A model generated the notes under the pieces. It was given only the letters and a program-made list of their open reading frames with translations, searched no databases and was not told the DNA's origin. The position numbers were made by a program, and so were the translations under genes. A stretch of 64,000 nucleotides of DNA from the human T2T-CHM13v2.0 reference genome, Homo sapiens. Shown here piece by piece: positions 15,680-31,749 of the stretch. The stretch lies in NCBI RefSeq assembly GCF_009914755.1, contig NC_060931.1. The stretch is one strand, 5' to 3'. Position 1 is the stretch's first letter. Every line of letters starts with the position of its first letter.

Positions 15680-16659
15680 CCCATTTTTACTGGGCTCTGG
15701 AATTATAAACAAAAGGCAATGGCATTCCATTATTTGGGTGTGCATTTGGGGAATACTGTAAAAGGAAATCAAGCAAAAAGAAGCTTAAGCATAAGCCTTT
15801 ATTCAAAACATCTCAGTCATTTCTTGGGAAAGAAGGGGAGAAATTTCATAGAACTTTAACAGGAATCAGCCCACGTTCTGACAGTTTCAAAACTATTTCA
15901 TCAAAAATACTTCTTGGAATGCTAAGAATTTTTTGTGTGATTTGGCAGTTACTGGTAGGGCAATTGAGATTTATTAAGAATGATGAGGCAGAAGAGTTCA
16001 GGATGAAGGTCATGAACAAGAAGGAGCATGGATAACAAGTTTTGAAGGCTTACAACTCTCCTGGAAGTTAGACTAGGTCAGTGCTTTTTCCTCCCTCCAG
16101 CAAGGAGTCCTTCCACTGGACCATGCTCTAGGGTGCTTCCAGTTGAATCCCAGCCCAGAAAATGTGATCCTATACCTCCTGGCCCTTCTATTTCTGAGTT
16201 CAAGCCTCCTGCAACCAACACTTACTGGTGATTACCTCAAGCCCCAAACCATCCATTAGGCTTAATTGTGAAAAAAAAAATGATCTGCAACACGGAAGGA
16301 TGTGTCACTCACAGGGAGAATGAATAAAATTATTTGGAACATGTTGAAAATTTCTAATTATGGCCAATTATAAATATATTCTGTTAAAGGAAAATATCCT
16401 TTAAGCATATGTGAATCATTCTTGAGTTGAACTATTATAAATAAGCTAATTTTAAAAAATTATCATGGCTACAAATCAAGTAAGCTTTGATGCAGCAAGC
16501 CCACATAGGGGTACCCTCATATGCTGAACAAAGATTAGGTAAACTACTCTGCTCCACATACCATGCAACATCATGGTATTCCTTTTGTAAAGAACCAAGA
16601 AACAATTCTAGAGATTTAATGATGTATTATTGAGCAAATAAATCATACTGTGCTGGTTC

Positions 16660-17052
16660 AGGTTAGAGAAATAATTCAAAAATTTAACTATCAAATAAAA
16701 CTACTTCTGGACATAGCTAAGAAAAAAAACTTTATTCAAAGGATTATTGCAGCACAGGGAAGGAACTATTTGCAATAGCTGGAGGGAGACTATTGCAAAA
16801 GGGAGAAATCTTTAATCATAAGAACTGTAAGTATATCAAAAGTCAGGCAGAAAAGAACTCTTATGGAATAAATAAGTCTAGAAAAAAATAAGTGTGGAGT
16901 GGGTGGTGTGATTAGACAGTTGATCATTTAATTATTTGGCCTGAGGTCAGCCTATTCTCAGAAGAAAATGAGGAGTGGCTGTGTGCTAGCTCAGGGTGAG
17001 CAGGGGCCAAATCTCAGGGGCCTGGGAGAAGAGAAGCTTATTTAAAATTTGG
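16660..17052 (-). mobile_element. ERV1-class LTR (MER67-like), 3' part
   Basis: Antisense poly(A) signal 'actttattcaaaggattattgca'; appears to continue at 18618-18868. Confidence 0.5.
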
Positions 17053-17054
17053 TT

Positions 17055-18290
17055 TTTGGTGTGATTACTTTTGGCATCTTTGTCATAAAATCTTTACCAG
17101 TTCCTATGACCAGAATATTAGTGCATAGGTTATCTTCCAGGCTTTCTATAGCTCTGGGTTTTACATTTTAAACCATCTTTCATCCATCTTGAGCTGATTT
17201 TTGTATATCGTGTAAGGAAGGGGTCCAATTTCAATCTGCATATGGCTAGTCAGTTATCTCAGCACAATTTACTAAATACAGAATCCTTTCCCTGTTGCTT
17301 TTTTGTCAGCTTTGTTGAAGATCAGATGGTCATAGGTCTGTGGCCTTATTTCTGGGCTCTCAATTCTGTTCCTTTGTTCTATGTGTTTGTTTTTGTACTA
17401 GCATTATGCTGTTTTGGTTACTATAGCCCTGTAATATAGTTTGAAGTTGGGTAACATGATGTCTTCAGCTTTGTTCTTTTTGCTTAGGATTGCCCTGGCT
17501 ATTTGGGCTCGCTTTTGGTTCCATATGAATTTTAAAATTTTCTTTTTTCCAGTTCTGTGAAGAATGTCATTGGTGATTTGATAGGAATAGTATTTAATCT
17601 GAAAATTACTTTGGGTAGTACAGCCATTTTAATGATATTGATTCTTCCATTTGTTTGTGTCATCTGATTTCTTTGAGAAGTGTTTAGTAATCCTTGGTGT
17701 AGAGATCTTTCACCTCTCTGATATGCTGTATTCCTAGGTGTATTGCCTACTCATAGGTATTTCATTCTTTTACGTGTGGCAATTGTGAATGCAATTGCCT
17801 TCCTGATTTGGCTCTTGGCTTGGCTGTTGTTGGTATATAGGAATGCTAGTGATTTTTGTATGTTTATTTTATACCCTGAAACTGCTGAAGTTTATCAGCT
17901 GAAGGAGTTTTGGGATGACACTCTATAGAGTTCTAGATATAGAATCATGTCATCTACAAACAGGGATAGTTTGACTTCCTCTCTTCCTATTTGGGACCTT
18001 AATTTCTTTCTCTTGGCTAAACTTCAATACTATGTTGAATAGGAGTGGTGAGAGAGGGTATTCTTGTCTTGTTTGGGTTTTCAAGGATAATGTTTCCAGA
18101 TTTTTCCTGATCAATATGATATTGGCATTGGGTTTGTCATAGAGGGCTTTTATTATTTTGAGTTACATTCCTTCAATACCTAGTTTATTGGGTTTTTAAC
18201 ATGAAGGGATGTTGAATTTTATCAGAAGCCTTTCTGTATATATTGAGATGATCATATGGTTTTTGTCTTTAGTTCTATTTATGTAGTGAG
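17055..18290 (-). mobile_element. L1 (L1PA/PB) ORF2 fragment lacking the 3' UTR
   Basis: 'gtaaggaaggggtccaatttcaatctgcatatggctag', 'gaataggagtggtgagagaggg', 'ccttcaatacctagtttattg'. Confidence 0.92.
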
Positions 18291-18291
18291 C

Positions 18292-18617
18292 CATATAACC
18301 TAGCTGGTTGGGTAAACAGATAGTAACCTACTCTTATGCCAATCACTGAGTTTCAGCCAATCAAAGATGGCCAACCATTCAAACCCTGTTCAAATAAGGC
18401 AAGTTCCCAACTGTAACCAACCCAGCTGTTTCTGTACCTCATTTCCATTTTTCTGTATGTCACTTTCCTTTTTCTGACCATAAATCTTCTTTGACCATGT
18501 ATTATTGCTAGAGAATCTGCAAACCTATTCTGGTTTGGGGGCTGCCCAATTTGCCTATCATTCTTTACTCAACTAAACTCTGTTTAATTTAATTTGTCTA
18601 AGGTTTTTCTTTTAACA
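18292..18617 (+). mobile_element. MER57-like ERV1 LTR, 5'-truncated
   Basis: 'cagccaatca', 'gttcaaataaggcaa', 'cagctgtttctgtacctca', terminus 'aatttgtctaaggtttttcttttaaca'. Confidence 0.8.
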
Positions 18618-18868
18618 GAGGTATTTGGTTAGTGGAGAGAAACAATTCAGCTAATTATTTTTGAGGCATAGCATGGGAATTTGGAGGGTCCACGTTTGTG
18701 TCTGGATTTGCCATAGATAAACCAAGTGGTTATCCAGAAGTCTTATGTAAGCATGTGGGGAAGGCTGCTTCTTTGCTGTCTTTTCTTGAAACAAAAAAGA
18801 GGGGGTGGGTTTCTTATCACTGTCCTTCCTTGTTTTCTGGGATCCTAGGGCTCAGGTAAAATTCAACA
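18618..18868 (-). mobile_element. ERV1-class LTR (MER67-like), 5' part
   Basis: Ends 'gggctcaggtaaaattcaaca', the reverse complement of a TGTTGAATTTTACCTGAGCCC LTR start. Confidence 0.6.
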
Positions 18869-19599
18869 TTTTCACAAGTTACTGAAATTTTTCTCTTTAT
18901 TGAAAGCAATACTCTGTCTTTCTCAAATATCTTTTTATGAATAGATTTGTGGCCGTTCCCTGCAGCAGAATATAAAGAGCCACCCGAAAATTTCATTATG
19001 ATACTTTCTGTACTAGAAAAAGTGGATTCACTAATCTGTGTTCCACTATCTGACTGTCTGACAAAGAAGCTTGGATATTTTTTCAAGTATATTCAGCTCT
19101 AACGGAGAAAGAATCTTCTTTTCTTCTTTCAGATCAGTATTGATTTTTCGCTATCTTAAAGACCCATATGAACATGCCCAGAGGCAAGAATTCGATTTTC
19201 TATTCATCTACTGGGTGTTTGCAGGAGGTAGAACTCTGTGTTTATCTCACACAATTGTCGTGTCTCAGCACATGTGGCAGCCTGATATTCAAAGAAACAA
19301 TGGTTAGTGATAATGAAACACTAGTGAACCCATATTTTTGCAATGAAGTAAAGTTTATAAGTCATTTGTAATCAGCAATTCTAACGTACTTTGAATATGA
19401 AGTTCATGAATAACCCATAGGTTCATTGGGAAACTGTATTATGGGGCAATCATGTTACAATTTCTGTTAGTAAAACTACTCTGTAATCAATTCCATAGAT
19501 GTGAGGACTGCAAAACAAATGATCTAAAACCACTTTATAAATGTACAAAAATGAATTAACTGAAATGTATTCTTTTAACTTGAAGTGACTCATGCAAAT

Positions 19600-20172
19600 G
19601 TGAAAATGAACACACACTATTAAATGAGAACACAGGCTATTTATTCAGAATTTGCTATATCAAGACAATTAGCCACCATAATTCGCATTTGACAGAGTTT
19701 TAAAGGCTGACAGAGTTTTAAATACAGACAGAGCAGTGGAAAAGCTTCATAATGGAAAATGAAAAATGCAAAAGCTTCACGTATTCTCCGAAGGGATGTT
19801 GTAAGCATGGGGAAGCTGCAAGTGGGTTAACTAAAAATAGAGCATATTGTATGATTGGTTTAGGAGAGATATTTACTTTCTTTGGTCCTGAGTTAGAATC
19901 AGGGCTAATAATAATGATGAAGAAGAAAAAGAAGAAGAAGAAGAAAGAAGAAGAAGGAGAAGGAGAAGGGGAAGGAGAAGAAAGGGGAGGAGGAAGAGGA
20001 GGAGGAGGAGGAGAGGATGAAGTGACGGAGGAACCTGGTAGTTACTGGTCAAGCCCTAATTGTTCTGGGCCAATTGCTGCAGAGTTTTGGTTTGGCTTCC
20101 TGGGCTGGCTACTGCCAAATTCTGTTGTCATATATGGTCTGTCCATTGTTTGTTTGCATATTTAGGCTCACA
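19600..20172 (-). mobile_element. LTR (MER76-like) containing a GAA/GGA microsatellite (19907-20020)
   Basis: Antisense AATAAA ('tttattcag'), antisense CCAAT ('gattggtt'), terminus 'gtcatatatggtctgtccattgtttgtttgcatatttaggctcaca'. Confidence 0.55.
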
Positions 20173-20619
20173 TAAAATTATACAGTTTATAGTAATAATT
20201 TAATGATTTTCCATTGAGACATTGCATTTCATGATAGAAAATTCTCAAGCTTATACATTGAAACAAACTGATAGAAGATAATGTGGCATTAGTTTAATTA
20301 CTCCTAAGGAGTACCTGCTCTAGAGAAAAGTATGTTAACTCATCAGGATCTGTAGATTAACACTACTGTGCTAAGTTCTAAAAGAACTCAGTTAATGTTT
20401 CCATTCTCTAATATTGAATAACACATATTTAGTCCATTATAAGAAACCAGTTGTCTTTCAGTTTAAAAGACTAGCGTTTCTGCAGGCTAAAAGTATGGTC
20501 TAATATAAAACTGATACTTTCAAAAGACATTTTTTTAGCCTAGAGTAGAAATAATTCTCAAAAGCCCTAAAGATCTAATCTTGAGTATATTTTGCAACAT
20601 CATTTAATGCTCCCCAGAA

Positions 20620-21430
20620 ATAAGAAATACAAAACAGCAAAGGCATAGAAAGCAAAGGCAATAGAGAAGCAACAAAGAAAAACACAAGCAACAATGAATG
20701 AAACAATAAAGTTAAAGGCGGAATACAAGTTGAAATTAAGAACAGAGCCACTAAAGAAAACAAAGGTCAACAAATCTCTGGCAAGACTTATAATGAGAAA
20801 AAAGAAAGAAGATACAAATGAACAATATAAAAAGTGAAAATGTGAAAAATAGAAACAAGCATTTAACAAATAAAATAAAAATAGCAACAACTGCATAAAC
20901 ATACAGAAGAGCTAATTAACAAAAAAATAGAGAATACCAAAACTGGCACGCGAATGAATTGAAATGAGAAAAAAAATAAATATTGAAAGAATTTAAATGG
21001 TAATCTTAATGTACCCAGATTAAGATGCTGTTATGGTCAAGTAAACAATCCTTCTTACATGAGTTTATATGAAGGAAAAAAAAGAACAAAAAAAAAGAGT
21101 GAGGAATATCTGTCCATCTAAGATAATCTGGCCGGCATAACTTTGATAAAAATAGTGTATAAAATAAGACCCAAACAACAAATATACAAAGAAGAGAACA
21201 TTTTAAATATAACTTTAGCTAATTCTGTGTATCTGTAATTATACAGCCTGATCAGTGACATAATGCAATTTATGTGAATTAAATTATCATACATAACTCC
21301 ATATCTAATATTTTAAGGATACATACATTTTCCTGGATATTTCTGTATATTAAACACATTAGCCAGGGTGCCATTTGAGGGAAAGTGAGTGGCATTTGTG
21401 ATACAGTTAAAAGAAAATATAATAAAACCA
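20620..21430 (+). mobile_element. Old L1M fragments
   Basis: A-rich degraded ORF2-like text 'aaaggtcaacaaatctctggcaagact', 'ggcataactttgata'. Confidence 0.55.
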
Positions 21431-21673
21431 AATAAATTAGTTTTTAATGAACAGAAATCTTAGTTCTTAACAGGTTGATGGGGGAGACATTTTGATGTAA
21501 CTAAAGCCCTGTGGCCCCCTCTTAAGAAATTACTGGGTGAAGCTTTCCTACAGTACTAGATGACATACCAGTCCTGAGTATTGTGGGTGTCATAAAAGGA
21601 TTGAAAGTGTATTATAAAAACTAAAAATGCCATTGGTAGGAGACACAAAAAGGTAAGAAACTAACATATTTGA

Positions 21674-22021
<348 letters not shown>

Positions 22022-23770
22022 TCTGCCTAGCAATTTTTAATTTGATTCCAAATGTTTGGAAACCAGAAATTAGGAAGACCTACAGGGGGAAAAAAAAGAA
22101 AACCAAAACAAAACAAATAGTCTTTTAGAAAGACTTTACAAAGCAATTGGATAAAGACAATAACACTCAGCATTAAATTTGTGAAAATGTCATTACTATT
22201 ATTTTAGCATTATAAATACATTATCTTGTATAATTTCAACATTCTTCCATTTTCTGAGTTTGTTCTTAGTGCCAAGTGCAACATTATGCTGGGAATATAA
22301 GGAAAATGAGGCCTGACTTCTGATTTCAGAGAGCTCACTTTCTAACTAGTGTTTACCACATTTCCTCAAGTACCCATGTGGACCAAATACATTATTTTAT
22401 TTTAGTGCCTCACATTTAAGTAAAATGTTCTTTTATTTTATTATTTGTATTTTACAATATTAGAATCTAATAATCTAATTATTTTTATGTGTAAATAATT
22501 TTCTATTATCACTTCATAATGGGATAGTTAACCAAAAAATAAAAATACATTTTTTTTTACTTCTTATAAAGTTTTAAATCTTTTTATAAAATTCTAAATT
22601 TTAGATTCAGGAGATACATGTGCAGGTTTGTTATATGAATGTATTTCATAATTGTGGGGTTTGGGCTCCTAGTGTACCCCTCACCCAAATAGTGACTACT
22701 GTACCCAATAGGCAATTTTTAAACCCTCACCACCCTCCCAAGCTGCCCCCTTTTAGAGTCCCCATATCTATTGTTTCCATCTTTATGTCCATGTGAACTC
22801 ATTGTTTAGCCCCCACTTATAAGTTAAGGACCTGCAGTATTTGATTTTTTGTTTGAGTTAGTTTACTTAGGATAATGGCCTCCAGCTTCATCTATGTTGC
22901 TACGAGGGACATGATTTTGCTCTTTTTTATGGCTGTATAGTATTCTGTAGCATACACATACCACATTTTCTTTATCCCATCAACTGTTGATGGACACTTA
23001 AGTTGATGCCATGACTTTGCTATTGTGAATAGTGCTGTGATCAACATATTAATGCAGATGTCTTCATTATATAATTATTTATTTTCTTTTGGGTAGATGG
23101 TAGCCGGATTATTGGGTCAAATGGTAGTTCTATTTTTAGTTATTTGAGAAATCTTCACATTGTTTTCCATAGAGGTTGTACTAATTCACATTCCCACCAA
23201 CAATGTATAAGTGTACCCTGTTCTCCACATCCATGCCAACATCTGTTATTTTCTGACTTTTTAATAATTACCACTCTTAGAGGTATAAGATGATATCTCA
23301 TTGTGGTTTTAATTTTCATTTCTCTGATGATTAGCAATGTTGAAGATTTTTTCATGTATTTTTTGGCTGCTTGTATGTCATCTTTTGAGAAATATCTGTT
23401 CATGTCCTTTGCCCACTTTTCAATGGGTTTAATTTTTTTGTTGTTGTTGGATTCTTTCAATTCCTTGTAGATTCTGGATATTAGTCCTCTGCTGGAGGCA
23501 TAATTTGCAAATATGTTCTCTTATTCTTTATGTTGTCTGTTTACTCTGTTGATTATTTCTTTTGTTGTGCAGAAGCTTTTTAGTTCAAGTCCCATTTGTA
23601 TACTTTGCTTTTGCTTTGTTTGTTTTAGGGGTTCTAAGTCGTAAATTCTTTTTGTAGGCCAGTGCACAGAAGAGGTTTTCCTAGTTTTTTTTTTTTTTTT
23701 CTAGGACTTTTATACTTTCAGGTCTTACATTTATGTCTTTAATTCATCTTGAGTTAATTTTTGTATAAGA

Positions 23771-24092
23771 GGTTGGGTGTGGTAGGTAGCTCACACCTAA
23801 AGTCCCAACTCTTTGGAAGACCAAGGTGGGAGGATTGCTTGAGTCCAGGAGTTTGAGACCAGCTTGGGCAACAAAGTGAGAACCCGTCTCTAAAACAATA
23901 AAAAATTTCGCTTGGCGGTGATGTGCACCTGTAATCCCTGCTACACAGAATGCTCAGGCAGGAGAATCCCTTGAGTCCAGTGGGTCAAGGCTGTAGTGAG
24001 CCATGTTCATACCATTGCACTGCAGCCTAGGTGACACAACAAGACCTTGGCTCAAAAATAAATAAATAAATAAAAAATATTAAAAAAATAAA
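23771..24092 (+). mobile_element. AluJ
   Basis: 'ggaggattgcttgagtccaggagtttgagaccagc', 'gtcaaggctgtagtgagccatg'; (AAAT) tail. Confidence 0.9.
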
Positions 24093-24098
24093 AATTTT

Positions 24099-24402
24099 AC
24101 CAGGCACGGTGACTCACACCAGTAATCCCAGCACTTTGGGATTATAAGGCCAGAGGATCACTTGAGGCCAGGAGTTCAAGACAAGCTTGGGAAACATGGT
24201 TAAACCTTGTCTCTACTAAAAAATGCAAAAAAAAAAAAAAAAATAGCCAGAAGTGATGGCCCATGCCTATAATTCCAACTACTTGGGAAGCTGAGGAATG
24301 AGAATCACTTGAGCCCAGAAGGCGGAGGTTGCAGTGAGCTGAGATTGCACCACTTTACTCCAGCCTGAGTGACAAAGTGAAACTCTGTCTCAAATAAAAA
24401 AA
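24099..24402 (+). mobile_element. Alu (Jb or old S)
   Basis: 'ggatcacttgaggccaggagttcaagac', 'ggcggaggttgcagtgagctgagattgcac'. Confidence 0.9.
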
Positions 24403-25183
24403 TCTAGAAAATTGTATATGATGAGAGATAGGTGTCCAGTTTTTTTTTTTTTCTACCTGTGGCTAGCCAATTTTCCCAGCACCATTTATTAAATAGGGTA
24501 TCCTCCCATTTTTAAAAAATTTGTTGAGTAACATTTGGTTATAGATGTATGGCTTTATTTCTGGGTTATCTAATCTATTCCATTCATCTATGAGGTATTT
24601 TTGTTTCAGTAAAATGCTGTTTTACTTACCGTAGCCTTGTAGTATAATTTGAAGTCAATAATGTGATGCCTCTGGCTTTGTCTTTTTTACTTAGCATTGC
24701 TTTGGCTATTTGGGCTCTTTGTTCATTCTTCATAAGAATGTTAGAATTATATCTTGCTAATTCTGTGAAAAATGTTAGTAGTTTGATAAAAATTGTGTTG
24801 AATCTGTAGATTGCTTTGGGCAGTATGGTCATTTTAGTGACATTGATCCTTCTAATACATGAGCATGGGATGTTTTTCCATTTGTTTGTGTCATCTATGA
24901 TTTCTTTCATCAGTGTTTTGTAGTTCTCCTTGTGGAGCTCTTTCATTTCTTGGTTAAACATATTTTTAGCCTTTGTGTGTGTGTTTGTGTTTGTGTGTGT
25001 GTGGCTATTGTAAATGAGATTGAGTAATTGATTAAGTTCTCAACTTGAATGTTATTTTATGTAGAAATGCTGCTGATTTGTGTACATTGATTTTGTATCC
25101 TGAAACTATTAAAGTCATTTATCAAATCTAGGAGTCATTTTTTGGAGGAGTCTGTTGGATTTTCTAGGTATAAGATTATGTCA

Positions 25184-25498
<315 letters not shown>

Positions 25499-26499
25499 GT
25501 CGTCAGTGAACAGAGATAGTTTGATGGCTCTCTCTTTTCCAGTTTGGATGGCTTTTATTTCTTTCTCTTACCTGATTGCTCTGGCTAAGACTTCCAGAAA
25601 TATGTTGGATAAGAATGATAAGAGTGGCCATCCTTGATATATTCCAATTCTCAGAGGAATGCTTTCAACATTTCTTCATTCAGTATGATATTGGAAGTGG
25701 GTTTGTCATATATGGCTCCTATTATTTTGAGGTATGTTCTTTGATGGCTAGTTTATGAAGGGTTTTATCATGAAGGGATGTTAGATTTTGATTATTTTTC
25801 TGCATCTAGTGAGATGATCATATGGTTTTTGTTTTAGTTCTGCTTATACAGTGAATCACATTTATTGACTTGCAAATGTTGAACCATTCTTGTATCCCTG
25901 GAATAAAACCCATTTGATTATAATGAATTATCTTCCTGATGTGCTGTTGGATTTGGTTTGCTAGAAATTTGTTGAGGATTTTTGCATCTATTTTCATTAG
26001 GGATATTGACCTGTACTTTTCTTTTTTTATTGTTGTATCCTGATGAGATTTTGATATCAAGATGATGCTGGTTTAGTAGAAGGAATTAGGCAGGAATCCC
26101 ACTTCCTTGATTATTTGGGATAGTTTTCATAAGATTGTTACCAGCTCTTCTTTTTACACCTGGTAGAATTTGGTTGTGAATACAATAAAAATACATTTTA
26201 AGGTCACCTATTTCTTAGATTTTATTTTGCAGGATGTCAGCTTACCATTTGTTTTATTTTAAGAAAAGAAACAGGGAGAAATCTATAACCAAAGTGATTT
26301 CAGACAATGCAGGGCACAATGTCAAGGCAAATTAGTGAAACAATCTAAATGATAAATGATTTGTGATAAATGTTGTTACTATCTTTTCAGGCATGCACAA
26401 TAAACTGAAATCAATTCTGAGAGAATGTTGGCTACTTGAGAAATGAAATATGCATAAGCAGAGAAAGAGCACTGGTCCAGCTGTGGGGAAAATAAGAGT

Positions 26500-27830
<1,331 letters not shown>

Positions 27831-29368
27831 ATGCAGAAGAAAGGAGCTAGAGGCTGGATAAACTTTAAGGGAAACAAATGACTACTTATGATTGATTTGT
27901 TGATGTAGGTTATATGTTTAAAGTAATATTAAGAGAAAAAGCTATAATGAACTTGAGAGAGGCATTTGTTATTGGAGGAAAACAAGTCATATATCTTCTA
28001 CTATAGACACAGAAATGAGTATGAAATATGGACAAGATCATGAAAAAATAAGGATTATTATTTTATATATCTAAAGATGTATATATATCTTTATATATTA
28101 TTTTATATGTAAAGTTATGTATATATATCTTTCAAGAATATTTGACAATTTGTTTTGTATTTGAAAGCTAAAATTATATTAAATGTTTAAAAATTGACTG
28201 GGCAAAAGCAGGGGCAGTTTAGATCTCATCATGAAAAGATAAGAAAAAATATTTTTTTCAAGTAAATTCTGGGAACCAAATAGAGTAAATTAAGAGTTTA
28301 GATTAATTTTAACATACTAGTACAAGATTTGGGGAAAATGTAGTGATTTCTTTAGCAATGGTCAAAATACAATGATGAGGAAAATTGCAGGATTAGTAGA
28401 TATTATAAAGGGTTTTGCTAAATTATGTTCAAATAATTGTTATGTGAAGGAACACAAATTGATTAAAACATTGCAGTATATTTTAAGACAAATGAATATA
28501 ATTCTCTATATATTTGTGGCTATGTCGGGCTTAAGGCCATTTTTTTGCAGATATTTCAGAATTATTGTTTACTTGCAATGAATTCAAGAATTTATTTTTT
28601 TCATAGGAAAGTTAAGAGGTTCAACTTGCAGAAGCAGGGTGCTGGTGTTTTTCAAAATAAATAAATTATTTTTTTATTTAAACATTTCAATAGCAAAATA
28701 TTTCTTAAATATATCATAGCTGCGACAACTAGAATAAGCTACAGATGTTTTTAATAAGTTGAATAAATTTGATTTTCAAAACAGAATCACAATACCACCT
28801 TGCTTAAAGCCAAAATATATAAATTGAAAGTGAATTTATCATGTAAAGTGAAATGTAAGTGCCTTTTTTGAAACTTGGAGTACATAATTGATACATATAT
28901 TGAAGTGTCTGTGACTTTTTAAAATGTCTCATTTGGTAATAGGAAAACTGATACATAACTCTTGCCTGATAAATCCCAGACACCAAAAGGAGAAAAGATA
29001 AATAAGAATTGTGAACGTCAAAGAAATGCAATTATGTGCACCCCGACATGCAAACAAAACATCAGCTACTTCTATTTCATCTAGAAAACTTTAAACATTT
29101 ATATCTTCTCATTTTTGATGTTTATGAATTTATCATCATTAACAATACAAATAAAATACAGAAGATAAATAAAAACCTGAGGCTGAATAACACTTTAAAT
29201 ACTATCAGTAATTTCTTGTTTCATGTTTTCTACATCAAGTTCATATATAAATGTTATAAACTTACATGTGGACTTATAAATAAATGTATATGAATAACAC
29301 ACCACATTTATCTCTGTGTGTTATTTATATTACATATATAAATATATATATATTTATTTATTTATATA

Positions 29369-30533
29369 TTTGACCCTTGAACAATTGTGAAGTTAGGGGC
29401 GCTGACCCACTGTGCAATCAAAAATCCACATATAACTTTAGATCTCCCATAAACAACTAATAACTTAATGTTGACTGGAACCCCTGCTGATAACATGAAC
29501 AGTCGATTAACAGATATTTTGTGTGTTATATGTATTATATACTATATTTTTTCCAATAAAGTAAGCCAGAGAAAAGAAGTGTTCTTAGGAAAATTATAAG
29601 AAGGAGAAAATACATTTACTATTCATTAAGTGGAAGTGGATCATCACAAAGGTCTTCATCCTAGTCATCTTCACATTGAGTAGGCCGAGGAGGAAGAGGA
29701 GAGATTGGTCTTGCTGTCTCTGGTGGCAGAGACTAAAGAGATGGAGGAGGTGGAAGGGGAGAGAGGAGAGGCAGGCACACTCGGGATAATTTTATGGAAA
29801 TATAGTTTCTATCTGACATTTTTTTTCTCACAAAATGTTTCTATACAGTACCGATGCTTCTTCCACTGTTTGCTTTAGTTTTAGTGCTTGTATCATAGAA
29901 GGGATCATGTTGTAAAAGAAGTCAGAAGCAGTCTCTAATAATCTGAACCCTTTTCCCAGATTGTTTAATGTCAATTTGTTTCCTGGCACTGCTTCTTCTA
30001 CATCTTCTTCTTCATCATCGAGCACTGGTTCAGAAGCACTCACCTCTATTAAGTAATCTCCTGAATTCCATTAAGATCTATATTTTGAACTTCTCTGGCA
30101 GGAATTTACTGTTTGGGGCTTGGTGGCTTTTTCTGTAACAACAATGGCATTTTCAATGGTGTAAACCTTCCAGAGTTTAATAATATTTTATCAGGGCTCT
30201 GTTTCATAGTGTTGACAATCTTTTCTATATAGTTCTGTGTGTAATGAACCTAAAGGTCCATATGACACAATTATCTAGACGTTGAATTAGAAACTCTCTG
30301 TTTGGGGGCAAGCAGACCACTTTAACACCTTCAGTGTGAAACTCATGGTGTTCTGGTGGTCAGGGGCCTGGTCCAATATCAAAAGAACTTTAAAAGGCAG
30401 TCTCTTACAGACAAGGTGCTTCCTGATTTCAGGGACAAAGCATTGATGAAACTAATCCAGAAAAAGGGTTCGCATTCATCTGGACTTTTTTTTTTTTTTT
30501 TTTTTACAACAAAAAGACTGGCAGCTGGTGTTT
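29369..30533 (-). mobile_element. Tigger2 DNA transposon 3' half (transposase remnant)
   Basis: TIR-like 'ttgacccttgaacaa'; ORF 29828-30043 (MSASEPVLDDEEEDVEEAVPGNKLTL...ALKLKQTVEE) matches the Tigger2 transposase C-terminus as recalled. Confidence 0.88.
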
Positions 30534-31745
30534 GTTAAAATGTCCATGCTACCCAAAGTGATCTACAGATTTAATGTAACCCCTATCAAAATACTCATTA
30601 TTTTTTCATAAAATAGAAAAAAATTTGAATTTCTAATGGGACCACAAAAGACCCCAAAGAGCCAAAACAGTCTTGAGCAAAAAGAACAAAGCTGAAGCCA
30701 TCACATTACATGACTTTAAAGTATACTACAAAGCTATAATAAGCTATAATAACCAAAACACATGGGACTAGCATAAAACAGACACACAGATTTACAAAAC
30801 ATAATAGAAATCACAGAAATAAATGCATATGTTTACTGCCAGCCAACATTTGACAAAATTGTCAAGAATAAACAATGGGGAAAGGACAATCTCCTTCATA
30901 AATGGTGTTGGGAAAACTGAGTATCTACATGCAAAAAAATAAAAAGATATTGGATACTTATGCCACTCACAAAAATTAACTCAAAATGGATTAAACACTT
31001 ACATGTAAGATCTGAATTCATAAAACTAGAAGAAAACATAAGGAAAATGCTCCTTGACTTTGGTCTTGACAGTAATTTTCTTTTTGAACATAGCATCAAG
31101 AGCACAAGTAACAACAGCAAAAATAAATAAGTGGGGCTGCATCAAACTAAAAAGCTTCTGTACAGCAAACAAAACAAGAAAATGAAAAGATAATCTATAG
31201 AACAGGAGAAAACATTTTAAAACCATGTATCTCATAAAGATTTAACATCCAAAATATATAAGGAACTAATTCAACTCAATAGCAAAAATCAACAAACAAA
31301 ACAAAAAACAAATACTTCAGTTAAAAAACTAGTAAACAATCTGAATAGACATTTCTCCAAAGAAGACAAACACATGGCTAATGGGTATAAGAAAAAGTGA
31401 TCAGTATCACTAATAATCAGAGAAATGTAAATTTAAACCTCAATGATATATCACCCCAGCCTGTTAGCATGGCTATAATACTAAAGATGAAAAACAACAA
31501 GTGTTGGTGAGATGTGGAGGAAAGGAAACCCTATACACTGTTGGTGGGAATGTAAATTGGTACAGCCATCATAGAACAGAGTATGGAGGTACTTGAAAAC
31601 ATTAAAAATAAAACTACCGCCTGATTCAGTAATCCCACTACAAGGTATGTAGTCTAAAGGAAATATAATCGGTAGCTGGAAGAGATATCTACACTTCCAT
31701 GTCTCTTGTAGCATTATTATCAATAGCCAAGACATGGAAAAAAAC
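30534..31745 (+). mobile_element. L1MA-like ORF2 3' fragment
   Basis: 'aaaatgtccatgctacccaaagtgatctacagatt', 'gacatttctccaaagaagaca', 'gttggtgggaatgtaaattggtacagcca'. Confidence 0.92.
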
Positions 31746-31749
31746 AATT

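Noticed and set aside
19752-20165. 137-aa ORF with poly-K/E/G, the longest in the window
   Set aside because: It lies inside an LTR and stays open because of a stop-free microsatellite; there is no recognisable domain.
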